Below, in pieces: positions 22,395 through 32,000 of a DNA stretch of 32,000 bases; position 1 is the stretch's first letter, and every line of letters starts with the position of its first letter. Source of the DNA: Mycobacterium tuberculosis H37Rv (lineage in GTDB: Bacteria; Actinomycetota; Actinomycetes; Mycobacteriales; Mycobacteriaceae). The stretch spans positions 420,001 to 452,000 of the forward strand of contig NC_000962.3 of the NCBI RefSeq assembly GCF_000195955.2, read 5' to 3'. A program made the translations under genes and the position numbers. The notes under the pieces are model-generated. The model did no database searches and had not been told where the DNA came from. It saw only the letters and a list, made by a program, of their open reading frames with translations.

Positions 22395-23078
22395 ATGAGC
22401 ACCGCCGTGACGGCCATGCCGGACATCCTCGACCCGATGTACTGGTTGGGCGCCAACGGCGTATTCGGTTCCGCGGTGCTGCCCGGGATTTTGATCATCG
22501 TCTTCATCGAGACCGGTCTGCTGTTTCCGCTGCTGCCGGGCGAGTCGCTGTTGTTCACCGGCGGGCTGTTGTCCGCTAGCCCGGCACCACCGGTCACCAT
22601 CGGGGTGCTCGCCCCGTGCGTTGCGCTGGTCGCGGTGCTCGGCGATCAGACCGCATATTTCATCGGGCGACGGATCGGGCCGGCGCTGTTCAAGAAGGAA
22701 GACTCCCGGTTCTTCAAGAAACACTATGTGACCGAGTCCCACGCGTTTTTTGAGAAGTACGGGAAATGGACGATAATTCTGGCTCGATTCGTGCCGATCG
22801 CGCGGACTTTTGTGCCAGTCATTGCCGGGGTGTCCTACATGCGGTATCCGGTGTTCCTCGGGTTCGACATCGTCGGCGGAGTCGCCTGGGGTGCGGGTGT
22901 GACGTTGGCGGGCTACTTTTTGGGCAGTGTCCCGTTCGTGCACATGAACTTTCAGCTCATCATCCTGGCCATCGTGTTCGTCTCACTGTTGCCCGCACTG
23001 GTCTCGGCGGCGCGGGTCTACCGGGCGCGGCGTAACGCACCCCAGAGCGACCCCGACCCGTTGGTGTTACCCGAGTGA
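22395..23078 (+). CDS. DedA family (SNARE-associated) integral membrane protein
   Basis: 227 aa: TGLLFPLLPGESLLFTGGLLS, GDQTAYFIGRRIG, FFEKYGKWTIILARFVPIARTFVPVIAGVSYM. Confidence 0.9.
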   Translation: MSTAVTAMPDILDPMYWLGANGVFGSAVLPGILIIVFIETGLLFPLLPGESLLFTGGLLSASPAPPVTIGVLAPCVALVAVLGDQTAYFIGRRIGPALFKKEDSRFFKKHYVTESHAFFEKYGKWTIILARFVPIARTFVPVIAGVSYMRYPVFLGFDIVGGVAWGAGVTLAGYFLGSVPFVHMNFQLIILAIVFVSLLPALVSAARVYRARRNAPQSDPDPLVLPE

Positions 23079-24197
23079 GCTGACCGCTGCGGCGCTGTGG
23101 GCGGCTTCCATCAGCATCCAACCCGATAGCTGCACCGACAGATCTCGCTCGGCAATCGCCGAGCTATGCACCGCTCCTCGGACGGACCGCGCCTGCTCAC
23201 CGCCGGCGGTGGGCAACTCGGCTTCGCGATCCCAGAACGCCCCGAACACCGGCAACCCGTCCACGGTTTGCCGGTAATCCCACGCCGATTGCGCGCTAGC
23301 CAGCACTATCGCGCGGGCGGTGTCGCGGGCGGCGGCGTCGTCGGCCGAGTCGCCCGGCAACGTGGTGGCGACCAAGGCGAGGTATCGGGCGGTGATCCCC
23401 GCGAACAGGCCACCGTCCCCGCCGCCGGCGCCCCGTAACACACCCAATGGAGCCATGTGCTCGTTGACGGCCGCGACCAAGCGATGAACGCGAGCGCAGT
23501 GCCGCGCTCTGGCTGCCGGACCGGTGCGCACCGCCAGCTCGGTTTCCAGCCCGAGCACCACCCCTTGGCAGTAGGTGTACTGCGCGCGGACCAACGACCC
23601 GGCCTTGATGCCGTCGAATACCAGGTGTGTCTCCGGATCGATCAGCGTGCGATCGATCCAGTCGGCCATCTGTTCTGCGCGCTTGAGCCTTTTCCCGTAC
23701 TGGTCTGGGTAGCGGGCCAGGAATAGCCCGGCCGGGCCGTTGGCTGGGGCGTTGAAGAACTGGTCCTGCTTGCGCCACGGGATGCCGCCGCCGTCCTCGG
23801 GCACCCAGGCTTCGACGAACTGGTTGGTGAGCTTGGGCAGTGCGCGCCGGCGTCGTACCCCGGCGACCCGGTCGGCACGTTCCAGCGCTAACGCTAGCCA
23901 CGCCATGTCGTCGTAATAGCTGTTGAGCCACGAGAAATTGTTGCGGACCCGGTGCGAGCGGACCTGGCGGTTGATCCGGGCGCGCCGCTGCGGCTGCGGG
24001 TCGCGCAGCTGCGCGTCGACCAGGCAATCCAGCAGGTGTGCCTGCCACCAGTAGTGCCAGCTGCCGAACAACCGGTCGCGCCGGGTTGACGGCCAAGCCA
24101 CCACCGCCAACTGGGTGCCCGGCAACGCCCAAAGCCGTCTCAGATGCCGTTGCGTGACGGCGGTTTCGGCGCTGGCTGCCCGGTTTGCCAGATTCAT
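23067..24197 (-). CDS. Glycoside hydrolase family 76-like protein
   Basis: 376 aa; LNSYYDDMAWLALALERA (GH76 DD motif), VPEDGGGIPWRKQDQFFNAPANGPAGLFLAR, YTYCQGVVLGLETEL. Confidence 0.85.
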   Translation of the reverse strand: MNLANRAASAETAVTQRHLRRLWALPGTQLAVVAWPSTRRDRLFGSWHYWWQAHLLDCLVDAQLRDPQPQRRARINRQVRSHRVRNNFSWLNSYYDDMAWLALALERADRVAGVRRRRALPKLTNQFVEAWVPEDGGGIPWRKQDQFFNAPANGPAGLFLARYPDQYGKRLKRAEQMADWIDRTLIDPETHLVFDGIKAGSLVRAQYTYCQGVVLGLETELAVRTGPAARARHCARVHRLVAAVNEHMAPLGVLRGAGGGDGGLFAGITARYLALVATTLPGDSADDAAARDTARAIVLASAQSAWDYRQTVDGLPVFGAFWDREAELPTAGGEQARSVRGAVHSSAIAERDLSVQLSGWMLMEAAHSAAAVSSLG

Positions 24198-24221
24198 AAT
24201 GCGATCCTGCCCTAGCCTGTC

Positions 24222-24815
24222 TTACGCCGTCTCAGGCCTGTTACTCCAGCGTGACATCAAGGGTGGCGGCGTCCACGAAGGCCAGCATGCGCGCCCGATG
24301 ATGCCACCCCCGCTGAACTGAGCGACGATCCGCGGGCCCGCGAGCCGGCTGTTGTCATAGACGGTGGCGCCGTCGGCCAGCGTGATGGCCTGGGCGACAA
24401 GCTCGGCCAGCCGGCGGTGACGCTCGCGGATCTTGGTCTCCGGCACATCGTGGCCGCCCGCGGCGACGCGATGCCTGACGCGCTCGACCGCCAGGCCTTC
24501 GGGGATAACCAACACGTGCAGTACGACGGTGTAGCCGGCCGTGCGCGCGGTGCGGATGAGCTCGAGCTTCGATGGGTGCGAGAACACCGTCTCGGCAATG
24601 AACGGCCGGCCCAAGTCGATGAGCCTCGCGCGGGTGTCGGCGGCGACCTGCGCCGCCTGGTAGGCGTGCGATGTTGGGTCGTCGGGCCAGCGTTGTTTGG
24701 CGATTTCGTCGGCGTTGACGAAGACGATGCCGGGCAGCAAGGGCGCCAGCGTGAGGGCGACGAACGTCGACTTGCCGGCGCCGTTGGGCCCGGCGACCAG
24801 ATCGAGCCGCTTCAC
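24222..24815 (-). CDS. Zeta-toxin-like P-loop kinase, candidate toxin of a TA pair
   Basis: 197 aa: Walker A MKRLDLVAGPNGAGKSTF, FVNADEIAKQRWP, GRPFIAETVFSHPSKLELI, typical of the zeta toxin / AAA kinase family. Confidence 0.8.
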   Translation of the reverse strand: MKRLDLVAGPNGAGKSTFVALTLAPLLPGIVFVNADEIAKQRWPDDPTSHAYQAAQVAADTRARLIDLGRPFIAETVFSHPSKLELIRTARTAGYTVVLHVLVIPEGLAVERVRHRVAAGGHDVPETKIRERHRRLAELVAQAITLADGATVYDNSRLAGPRIVAQFSGGGIIGRACWPSWTPPPLMSRWSNRPETA

Positions 24816-24843
24816 GCGTGGCGCGTTGTCTTCGAGCTGGCGA

Positions 24844-25233
24844 TCACGGCGTGGCCGCCAGCACGACCGAGGTGCCGTCTGGCCGGTGCTCGACGATGTC
24901 GCCCGCGTCGTTCAGGGCGACCGTGGTGATGCCCTGCGCGGCGAGCACGTCGCCGTAGTTGGTTCGCGACAGGCGCTCCTCGATAGCTGCGGAGATCTCG
25001 GCGTTGAACACCACGCCCTCCTCCAGCGTCAGGTCCGTCATCGGCAGATGCCCCGCGAGCGCAGCTTCCACGCGGCGCCGCGACGCCGTGTGCTGGTTCG
25101 ACACCGCCCGACCGACGCGGGCCCAGTGGTCGAGCTGCTGCTTGGCCGAACGGCTCTGACGAGCACCCTCGGCCGCCGCGCTGTCCACCAGATCCGCGGC
25201 GACGCGCGTGACGCGGTCGACGGCTTTGGGCAC
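24844..25233 (-). CDS. ParD-like antitoxin family protein, candidate antitoxin
   Basis: 129 aa, GTG start at 25233 with GAGGAG upstream. RQSRSAKQQLDHWARVGRAVS plus the C-terminal SAAIEERLSRTNYGDVLAAQGITTVALNDAGDIVEHRPDG. 28 bp upstream of the kinase gene. Confidence 0.75.
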   Translation of the reverse strand: MPKAVDRVTRVAADLVDSAAAEGARQSRSAKQQLDHWARVGRAVSNQHTASRRRVEAALAGHLPMTDLTLEEGVVFNAEISAAIEERLSRTNYGDVLAAQGITTVALNDAGDIVEHRPDGTSVVLAATP

Positions 25234-25247
25234 GACATCTCTCCTCG

Positions 25248-25288
25248 GGTGTAGCGATCTGTTACAGCTTATAGCAAAGTGCTACACC
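25248..25288. promoter_or_regulatory. Candidate autoregulatory operator for the TA pair: 8-bp perfect inverted repeat
   Basis: GGTGTAGC (25248-25255) and GCTACACC (25281-25288), 25-nt spacer. The spacer contains TAAGCT (minus strand), which fits a mycobacterial TANNNT -10 element. Confidence 0.4.
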
Positions 25289-25313
25289 GAGCTGTGGTGA
25301 GGGGCGCACACGG

Positions 25314-26525
25314 CTAGCGGGCACCGGCCAGCGCCAGCAGCAACTGGTGCAGGCCGGCCAGCGAGTGCGCCGGCAGGAACAGGTCGCAATAGGGCAGCGC
25401 CGCCGCCATCGAACCGGCACGCGGCTGGAACTCCGGATGTGCCGCGCGAGGGTTCAGCCAGACCAGCAACTCGGCGCGGCGACGCACCCTGGTCAGTGCG
25501 TGCACCAACACGTCGGGCGGATCGCTGTCCCAGCCGTCGGAGGCGATGATCACCACCGCGCCGCGTAACGCGTTGCCATGCGGCGGGGCCAGCAGGGCGG
25601 CGACACTACGGCCGATGAACGTACCGCCGTAGCGGTCGGTCACCCTAGCGTTGGCCCGATGTAGCGCCATCTCGGCCGAGCGATGAGACAGCACCGAGGT
25701 AAGTCGAGTCAGCGACGTCGAAAACGCGAAAACCTCCGGGTGGCCCCCTGCCCGGCGCAGCACCGCCGCCCGCATCAGACGCAGATAGATGGCGGCGTAG
25801 GGCTGCATCGAGCGGCTCACATCGCAGAGCAGGAGCACCCGCCTGGGGCGTCGGCGGGGCCGGATCCGTGCCAACAGCACCGACTCCCAGCCAGTCGACC
25901 GCGACGCGTTCATCGTCGCCCGCAGGTCGATGCGCTTGCCGTGCGGGCTGGACTCGAATCGCATGCTGCGCCGCCGCGGCCAGCGCGCCATCGTGGCCTC
26001 CAGCCAGGCGCCGAGCAGACGCAGATCGTCGGGATCGAACTGGTCGAATGGCTCGTCGGCCCGGGCGACAATGCGGCTGGGCAGGACATCGGGCAGTGTG
26101 CGGCTGGGTCCGCCCTGACCGGCGCTGGCCATCGTCAGCGAGCGAGTATCCCAGGGCAGATTCTGGGCTTGGGCGGCACAAGATCGCCGCTTGGCGCGGT
26201 GCCCGACGCCGGCCACCGGTGTGCGCGGGCCTGCAATGGGCGGTGGTGGGCGGTTGGCACCGTCGGGTTCGGCGCTGCCAAATACCCCGAACAGCGAAGC
26301 GAATACCGCATCGAACGTGGCCAGTTCGTCTACACGGCTGACCAGGGTCAACCGCGCGCCCCAATACAGCGCCGCCGGCGTACGCGGCACCAACTGCTGC
26401 AACGCCTGCACCAAACTCGCTTGACCGCTGGCGGACACCGGTATCCCGGCGTCGCGAAGGCGCGCTGCCAGCGCTGCCGCGAACGCCGCGAGGTCGACGC
26501 CCGGCAACAGTGCAGGGGTGGCCAT
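25314..26525 (-). CDS. coxE: VWA-domain protein, CoxE-like
   Basis: 403 aa from MATPALLPGVD; VLLLCDVSRSMQPYAAIYLRLMRA, VFAFSTSLTRLT, YGGTFIGRSVAALL, VIIASDGWDSD (MIDAS-like features); position in the cox cluster. Confidence 0.85.
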   Translation of the reverse strand: MATPALLPGVDLAAFAAALAARLRDAGIPVSASGQASLVQALQQLVPRTPAALYWGARLTLVSRVDELATFDAVFASLFGVFGSAEPDGANRPPPPIAGPRTPVAGVGHRAKRRSCAAQAQNLPWDTRSLTMASAGQGGPSRTLPDVLPSRIVARADEPFDQFDPDDLRLLGAWLEATMARWPRRRSMRFESSPHGKRIDLRATMNASRSTGWESVLLARIRPRRRPRRVLLLCDVSRSMQPYAAIYLRLMRAAVLRRAGGHPEVFAFSTSLTRLTSVLSHRSAEMALHRANARVTDRYGGTFIGRSVAALLAPPHGNALRGAVVIIASDGWDSDPPDVLVHALTRVRRRAELLVWLNPRAAHPEFQPRAGSMAAALPYCDLFLPAHSLAGLHQLLLALAGAR

Positions 26526-26530
26526 CCCAT

Positions 26531-27133
26531 TCATCGCCGCCGGCGCAGCACCCAGATCAGCAGCAGCACGGTCAGCGCCGCCAGCAGCGCCGAACCGTAC
26601 TTTTTGAGCTGGCCGCCGTCGGCCAGCTGCAGCAAGTCGATGGGCGCCGCTTCGGTAGCAGGGGGTGTGCCTTGCGGGCTTTCTGAACTCTGGGCCGCGA
26701 GCTCGGCTTCTAGCGAATCCACGAACTGGCCCAGCAGCTTCTCCGACACCTGCTGCAGCATGCCACTGCCGAATTGCGCCAGTTTGCCGACAATCTTCAG
26801 ATCGGTGTCGACGGTGACGCGGGTACGCTCTCCGACCTCGTGCAGCTGGGCAGCGACCGTGGCGGCCGCGTTGCCGGTACCGCGCGCCTCCTTGCCTTTG
26901 GCGTCGAAAACGGCGCGGTGCTGGTTGCGGTCCTGCTCGACAAAGTGCACCTTGCCGCTGAACTCGCTGGTGACCGGCCCAACCTTGACCTTGACCTTAC
27001 CGAGGTACTCGTCGCCCTCATGGCCGATCAACTGGGCTCCAGGCATCAGCGGAATCATCTGCTCCAGGTCGCATAGCCTGCTCCAGGCCTGCTCGATCGG
27101 AGCGCTGACGGTGAACTCGTTGGCGATCTTCAT
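26531..27133 (-). CDS. coxG: CoxG-like SRPBCC protein with a C-terminal membrane anchor
   Basis: 200 aa from MKIANEFTVSAPIEQAWSRLCDLEQMIPLMPGAQL through KIVGKLAQFGSGMLQQVSEKLLGQF; C-terminal TM YGSALLAALTVLLLIWVLRRRR. Confidence 0.85.
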   Translation of the reverse strand: MKIANEFTVSAPIEQAWSRLCDLEQMIPLMPGAQLIGHEGDEYLGKVKVKVGPVTSEFSGKVHFVEQDRNQHRAVFDAKGKEARGTGNAAATVAAQLHEVGERTRVTVDTDLKIVGKLAQFGSGMLQQVSEKLLGQFVDSLEAELAAQSSESPQGTPPATEAAPIDLLQLADGGQLKKYGSALLAALTVLLLIWVLRRRR

Positions 27134-27146
27134 CCTGTGCGTCCTC

Positions 27147-28043
27147 TCATGCGTGGCTGCACTCAGTAAAAGCTTGGTACGCATCGCGAATCTGCGTACG
27201 GTCGTCGGGCGTTTTGGCCAGGGCCCCAAGGCTGGCCAGAGCGGGACTCGAATCCGCTGCGGTGAGGTCTGCGACCCCGAGTGCCACCAAAGCCGCCACC
27301 CAGTCGATAGTCTCGGCCACACCGGGTGGCTTGTCCAGATCGAGATCCCGTGCAGTGCAAACGAATTGAGTGGCGTTCTCGATCAACGGCGCGGTAGCCC
27401 CGGGCACCGTGCGGCGCACGATCGCGGCCGCCCGGTCCGGCCCCGGGTAGTCGATCCAGTGGTAGAGGCAGCGCCGCCGCAGTGCGTCGTGCAGGTCACG
27501 GCTGCGGTTGGACGTGAGCACCGCGATCGGCGGGCACTCCGCGAGGAAAGTGCCCAGCTCGGGAACGGTCACCGCGGACTCACCAAGGAACTCCAGCAGT
27601 AACGCCTCGAATTCGTCGTCGGCCCGGTCGATTTCATCGATGAGCAGCACTGGAGGGGTCGGTCCGCGGTGCCGCACGCACCGCAGGATGGGCCGGTCCA
27701 CCAGATACGCCTCGGTGTACAGATCCGCTTCCGATATGTCTGAGATACCCTTGCCGCGCGCCTCGGCCAGCCTGATGGACAATAGCTGGCGTTGGTAGTT
27801 CCAGTCGTAGAGCGCCTCGTTGGCCGTCAGCCCTTCATAGCATTGCAGCCGGATCAGCGTGGTATCCAACACGACTGCAAGGGTTTTCGCGGCTGTTGTC
27901 TTGCCAACACCGGGCTCACCCTCCAACAACAGCGGCCTGCCCAGCGTAACCGCCAGATAGATTGCCGACGCCGTGCCGGTATCCAGCAGGTAGTTCTGTT
28001 CGTCGAACCGGCGGATCACGTCGTCGGGACTTGCGAAGGTCAC
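27147..28043 (-). CDS. coxD: MoxR-type AAA+ ATPase, CoxD-like
   Basis: 298 aa: LEGEPGVGKTTAAKTLA (Walker A), VLLIDEIDRADDEFEALLLEFLGE (Walker B), sensor PPIAVLTSNRSRDLHDALRRRCL. Confidence 0.92.
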   Translation of the reverse strand: MTFASPDDVIRRFDEQNYLLDTGTASAIYLAVTLGRPLLLEGEPGVGKTTAAKTLAVVLDTTLIRLQCYEGLTANEALYDWNYQRQLLSIRLAEARGKGISDISEADLYTEAYLVDRPILRCVRHRGPTPPVLLIDEIDRADDEFEALLLEFLGESAVTVPELGTFLAECPPIAVLTSNRSRDLHDALRRRCLYHWIDYPGPDRAAAIVRRTVPGATAPLIENATQFVCTARDLDLDKPPGVAETIDWVAALVALGVADLTAADSSPALASLGALAKTPDDRTQIRDAYQAFTECSHA

Positions 28044-28633
28044 GAGGGCACCGATTCCAGCAGCCGTCGGTAGTCGTCCCAGGTGTCCACGTCAAGCGGC
28101 ACGCAGCCGTCCACGGCGAGTTCGCGCACTGGGTGGCGGCCGGAGTGCACCAGCTTCCAGACACCCTTGTCGCCGTGCAGTCGCGCGAGTTCGCCGAACA
28201 CGGTGCGGCTAAACCAGAATGGATGCCCGACGCCGTCGGCGTAGCGGCACACCATGATCTCGGTGGCCGGCCCGACGTCGATGATCCGCCGCAGTGTCGC
28301 CGGCGCCACCTGAGGCTGGTCGCCCAGCATCAGCACGATCCCGGTGGCCCGCGGATGCACCCGTGCCAACGCGACGCGCAGCGATGCCGCACACCCGCGC
28401 TCGACATCCTCGACGACCACCACGTCGGTCCCGTCCAGCGCCATCGCGGCACGCACCGCCGACGCCGCACCGCCCAGGGTGAGGATCAGCTGGTCGAATC
28501 CGGCTTGCCGGGCAACGTCGAGGGTGGCCCCAAGCACCGTGGTATCCCGATATGGCAGTAGCTGTTTGGGCGTGCCCAACCGGTTGGAGCGCCCGGCGGC
28601 GAGTACCACACCGGTGATCTGGGTCGCGGTCAT
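28040..28633 (-). CDS. MobA/MocA-like molybdenum cofactor nucleotidyltransferase
   Basis: 197 aa: VVLAAGRSNRLGTPKQLLPYRDTTVLGATL, VLMLGDQPQVAPATL. 4-bp overlaps with both neighbouring genes. Confidence 0.88.
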   Translation of the reverse strand: MTATQITGVVLAAGRSNRLGTPKQLLPYRDTTVLGATLDVARQAGFDQLILTLGGAASAVRAAMALDGTDVVVVEDVERGCAASLRVALARVHPRATGIVLMLGDQPQVAPATLRRIIDVGPATEIMVCRYADGVGHPFWFSRTVFGELARLHGDKGVWKLVHSGRHPVRELAVDGCVPLDVDTWDDYRRLLESVPS

Positions 28634-29385
28634 GCGCCGCCGTTCTCGTCCGCCAACGCCTTCCGGCCTCTGGGGCCGCCGCCGCGCAGCGTGGCGATCA
28701 GTTCCGCCGCAATCGACACCGCGATCTCCGCCGGAGTTTTGGCGCCGATGGCCAATCCGACCGGGGTATGCACCCGGGCCCGCTCGGCATCGGACAGGTC
28801 CAGCGAATCCAGGATGGACGCGCCGCGTACCGTGCTGGCCACCAGCCCGACATACCCAACGCCGTTATCCAGCGCCGTGCGGATGATTTCGGCTTCGGGC
28901 CCGCCGTGGCTGGCGATCACAATCGCAGTTGGCAAGGCGTCGGTGTCGGCCGGATCGGTGTCGCGGCGCGCGTCGTAGCCCAACAGGCCGCACAGTTCGA
29001 TCAACGCGTCGGCGATCGGGGTTTCGCCGTAAATCTGGATCAGCGGGGCCGGCAGCTGCGGGGTCAGGAAGATCTCCAGGGATCCGCCGGCCAGGCACGG
29101 GTTGACCACCACACACGCCCCGGGAGCTTCCGGGAAGTGCACGTCACCGTCGGGCAGCACGCGCAGCAGCACGCTCTCGCCGGCCTGCAACACGCCCATC
29201 GCCGCCTTGCGGACCGAGTTCTGCGCGCAGTGGCCGCCGACAAAGCCCTCGATGGTGCCGTCCGCCAACAGGATTGCCTCATCGCCCGGGCGGGCCGACG
29301 TGGGCTGCTGGGCCCGCACCACGGTCGCGCGCACGAACGGTGTCCGCGCGGCCACCAGCTGTGCGGCCCGGTCACTGATGGACAT
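28630..29385 (-). CDS. XdhC/CoxF-family molybdenum hydroxylase maturation factor
   Basis: 251 aa: N-terminal EGFVGGHCAQNSVRKAAMGVLQAGESVLLRV and C-terminal YVGLVASTVRGASI...HTPVGLAIGAKTPAEIAVSIAAELIA. Confidence 0.87.
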   Translation of the reverse strand: MSISDRAAQLVAARTPFVRATVVRAQQPTSARPGDEAILLADGTIEGFVGGHCAQNSVRKAAMGVLQAGESVLLRVLPDGDVHFPEAPGACVVVNPCLAGGSLEIFLTPQLPAPLIQIYGETPIADALIELCGLLGYDARRDTDPADTDALPTAIVIASHGGPEAEIIRTALDNGVGYVGLVASTVRGASILDSLDLSDAERARVHTPVGLAIGAKTPAEIAVSIAAELIATLRGGGPRGRKALADENGGA

Positions 29386-29403
29386 CGACGCCCTCGAGCT
29401 CCC

Positions 29404-31799
<2,396 letters not shown>

Positions 31800-31803
<4 letters not shown>

Positions 31804-32000
31804 GACTGCGCCTTTACGGTCTGGTGCGCTGCCGCCCACTGAATGGAGCGCACGATCGTGGTGTATCCGGTGCACCGGCAGATCTGCCCCGAGATCGCTT
31901 CCCGGATGGTCTGCTCGTCGGGATCCGGGTTGCGGTCCAGCAGGGCGCGCGCGGTAATCAGCATTCCCGGGGTGCAGAAGCCGCATTGCAGCCCGTGGCA
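31800..32000 (-). CDS. coxS: Carbon monoxide dehydrogenase small subunit, C-terminal 66 codons (5' end outside the window)
   Basis: Minus-strand frame reads [50 protein letters not shown]...*, with the [2Fe-2S] motifs CGFC and CRC. 4-bp overlap with the coxL start. Confidence 0.93.

Noticed and set aside
21292-22398. 368-aa plus-strand ORF antisense to fba
   Set aside because: High-GC frame shadow. The opposite strand encodes a canonical class II aldolase.
23296-24132. 278-aa minus-strand ORF overlapping the GH76-like gene
   Set aside because: Alternate frame of the GH76-like CDS. Proline/arginine-rich with no conserved motif.
25683-27602. 639-aa plus-strand ORF antisense to coxE/coxG/coxD
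   Set aside because: High-GC third-position shadow with no domain. The minus strand has three well-supported genes.

Overview
This window looks like a chromosomal segment of the Mycobacterium tuberculosis complex. I recognised it from the protein sequences and gene order; it corresponds to roughly Rv0350-Rv0374c, and no database search was run. Left to right it contains: (1) the heat-shock operon dnaK (3' part)-grpE-dnaJ1-hspR; (2) a 51-bp tandem repeat (VNTR, 2.6 copies) that starts in the last codons of hspR; (3) a roughly 10.5 kb PPE-MPTR locus on the minus strand (PPE8 plus PPE7); (4) a thioesterase-like protein and purA; (5) a conserved hypothetical, a site-2-protease-like membrane protein, a DUF3151-like protein and a membrane protein; (6) mgtE, fba, a DedA protein and a GH76-like protein; (7) a zeta-toxin-like kinase with a ParD-like antitoxin; (8) a minus-strand cluster for aerobic carbon monoxide dehydrogenase (coxS-coxL-XdhC/CoxF-like-MobA-like-coxD-coxG-coxE) carrying the form I AYxCSFR signature. 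I found no CRISPR array, IS element, tRNA/rRNA, phage or clearly new defence system. The strongest observations are these. PPE7 appears to be the frameshifted 3' remainder of one giant PPE8 ORF: a +1 (or -2) event near 4780-4803 and a missing base near 4321-4322 cancel, restoring the original frame to a stop at 4144, directly against the VNTR. PPE8 has a higher-order module built around non-MPTR beta-rich interludes. The antitoxin-first TA pair has an 8-bp dyad next to its start codon. The mgtE leader has mutually exclusive hairpin segments. The CoxG start may need extending.
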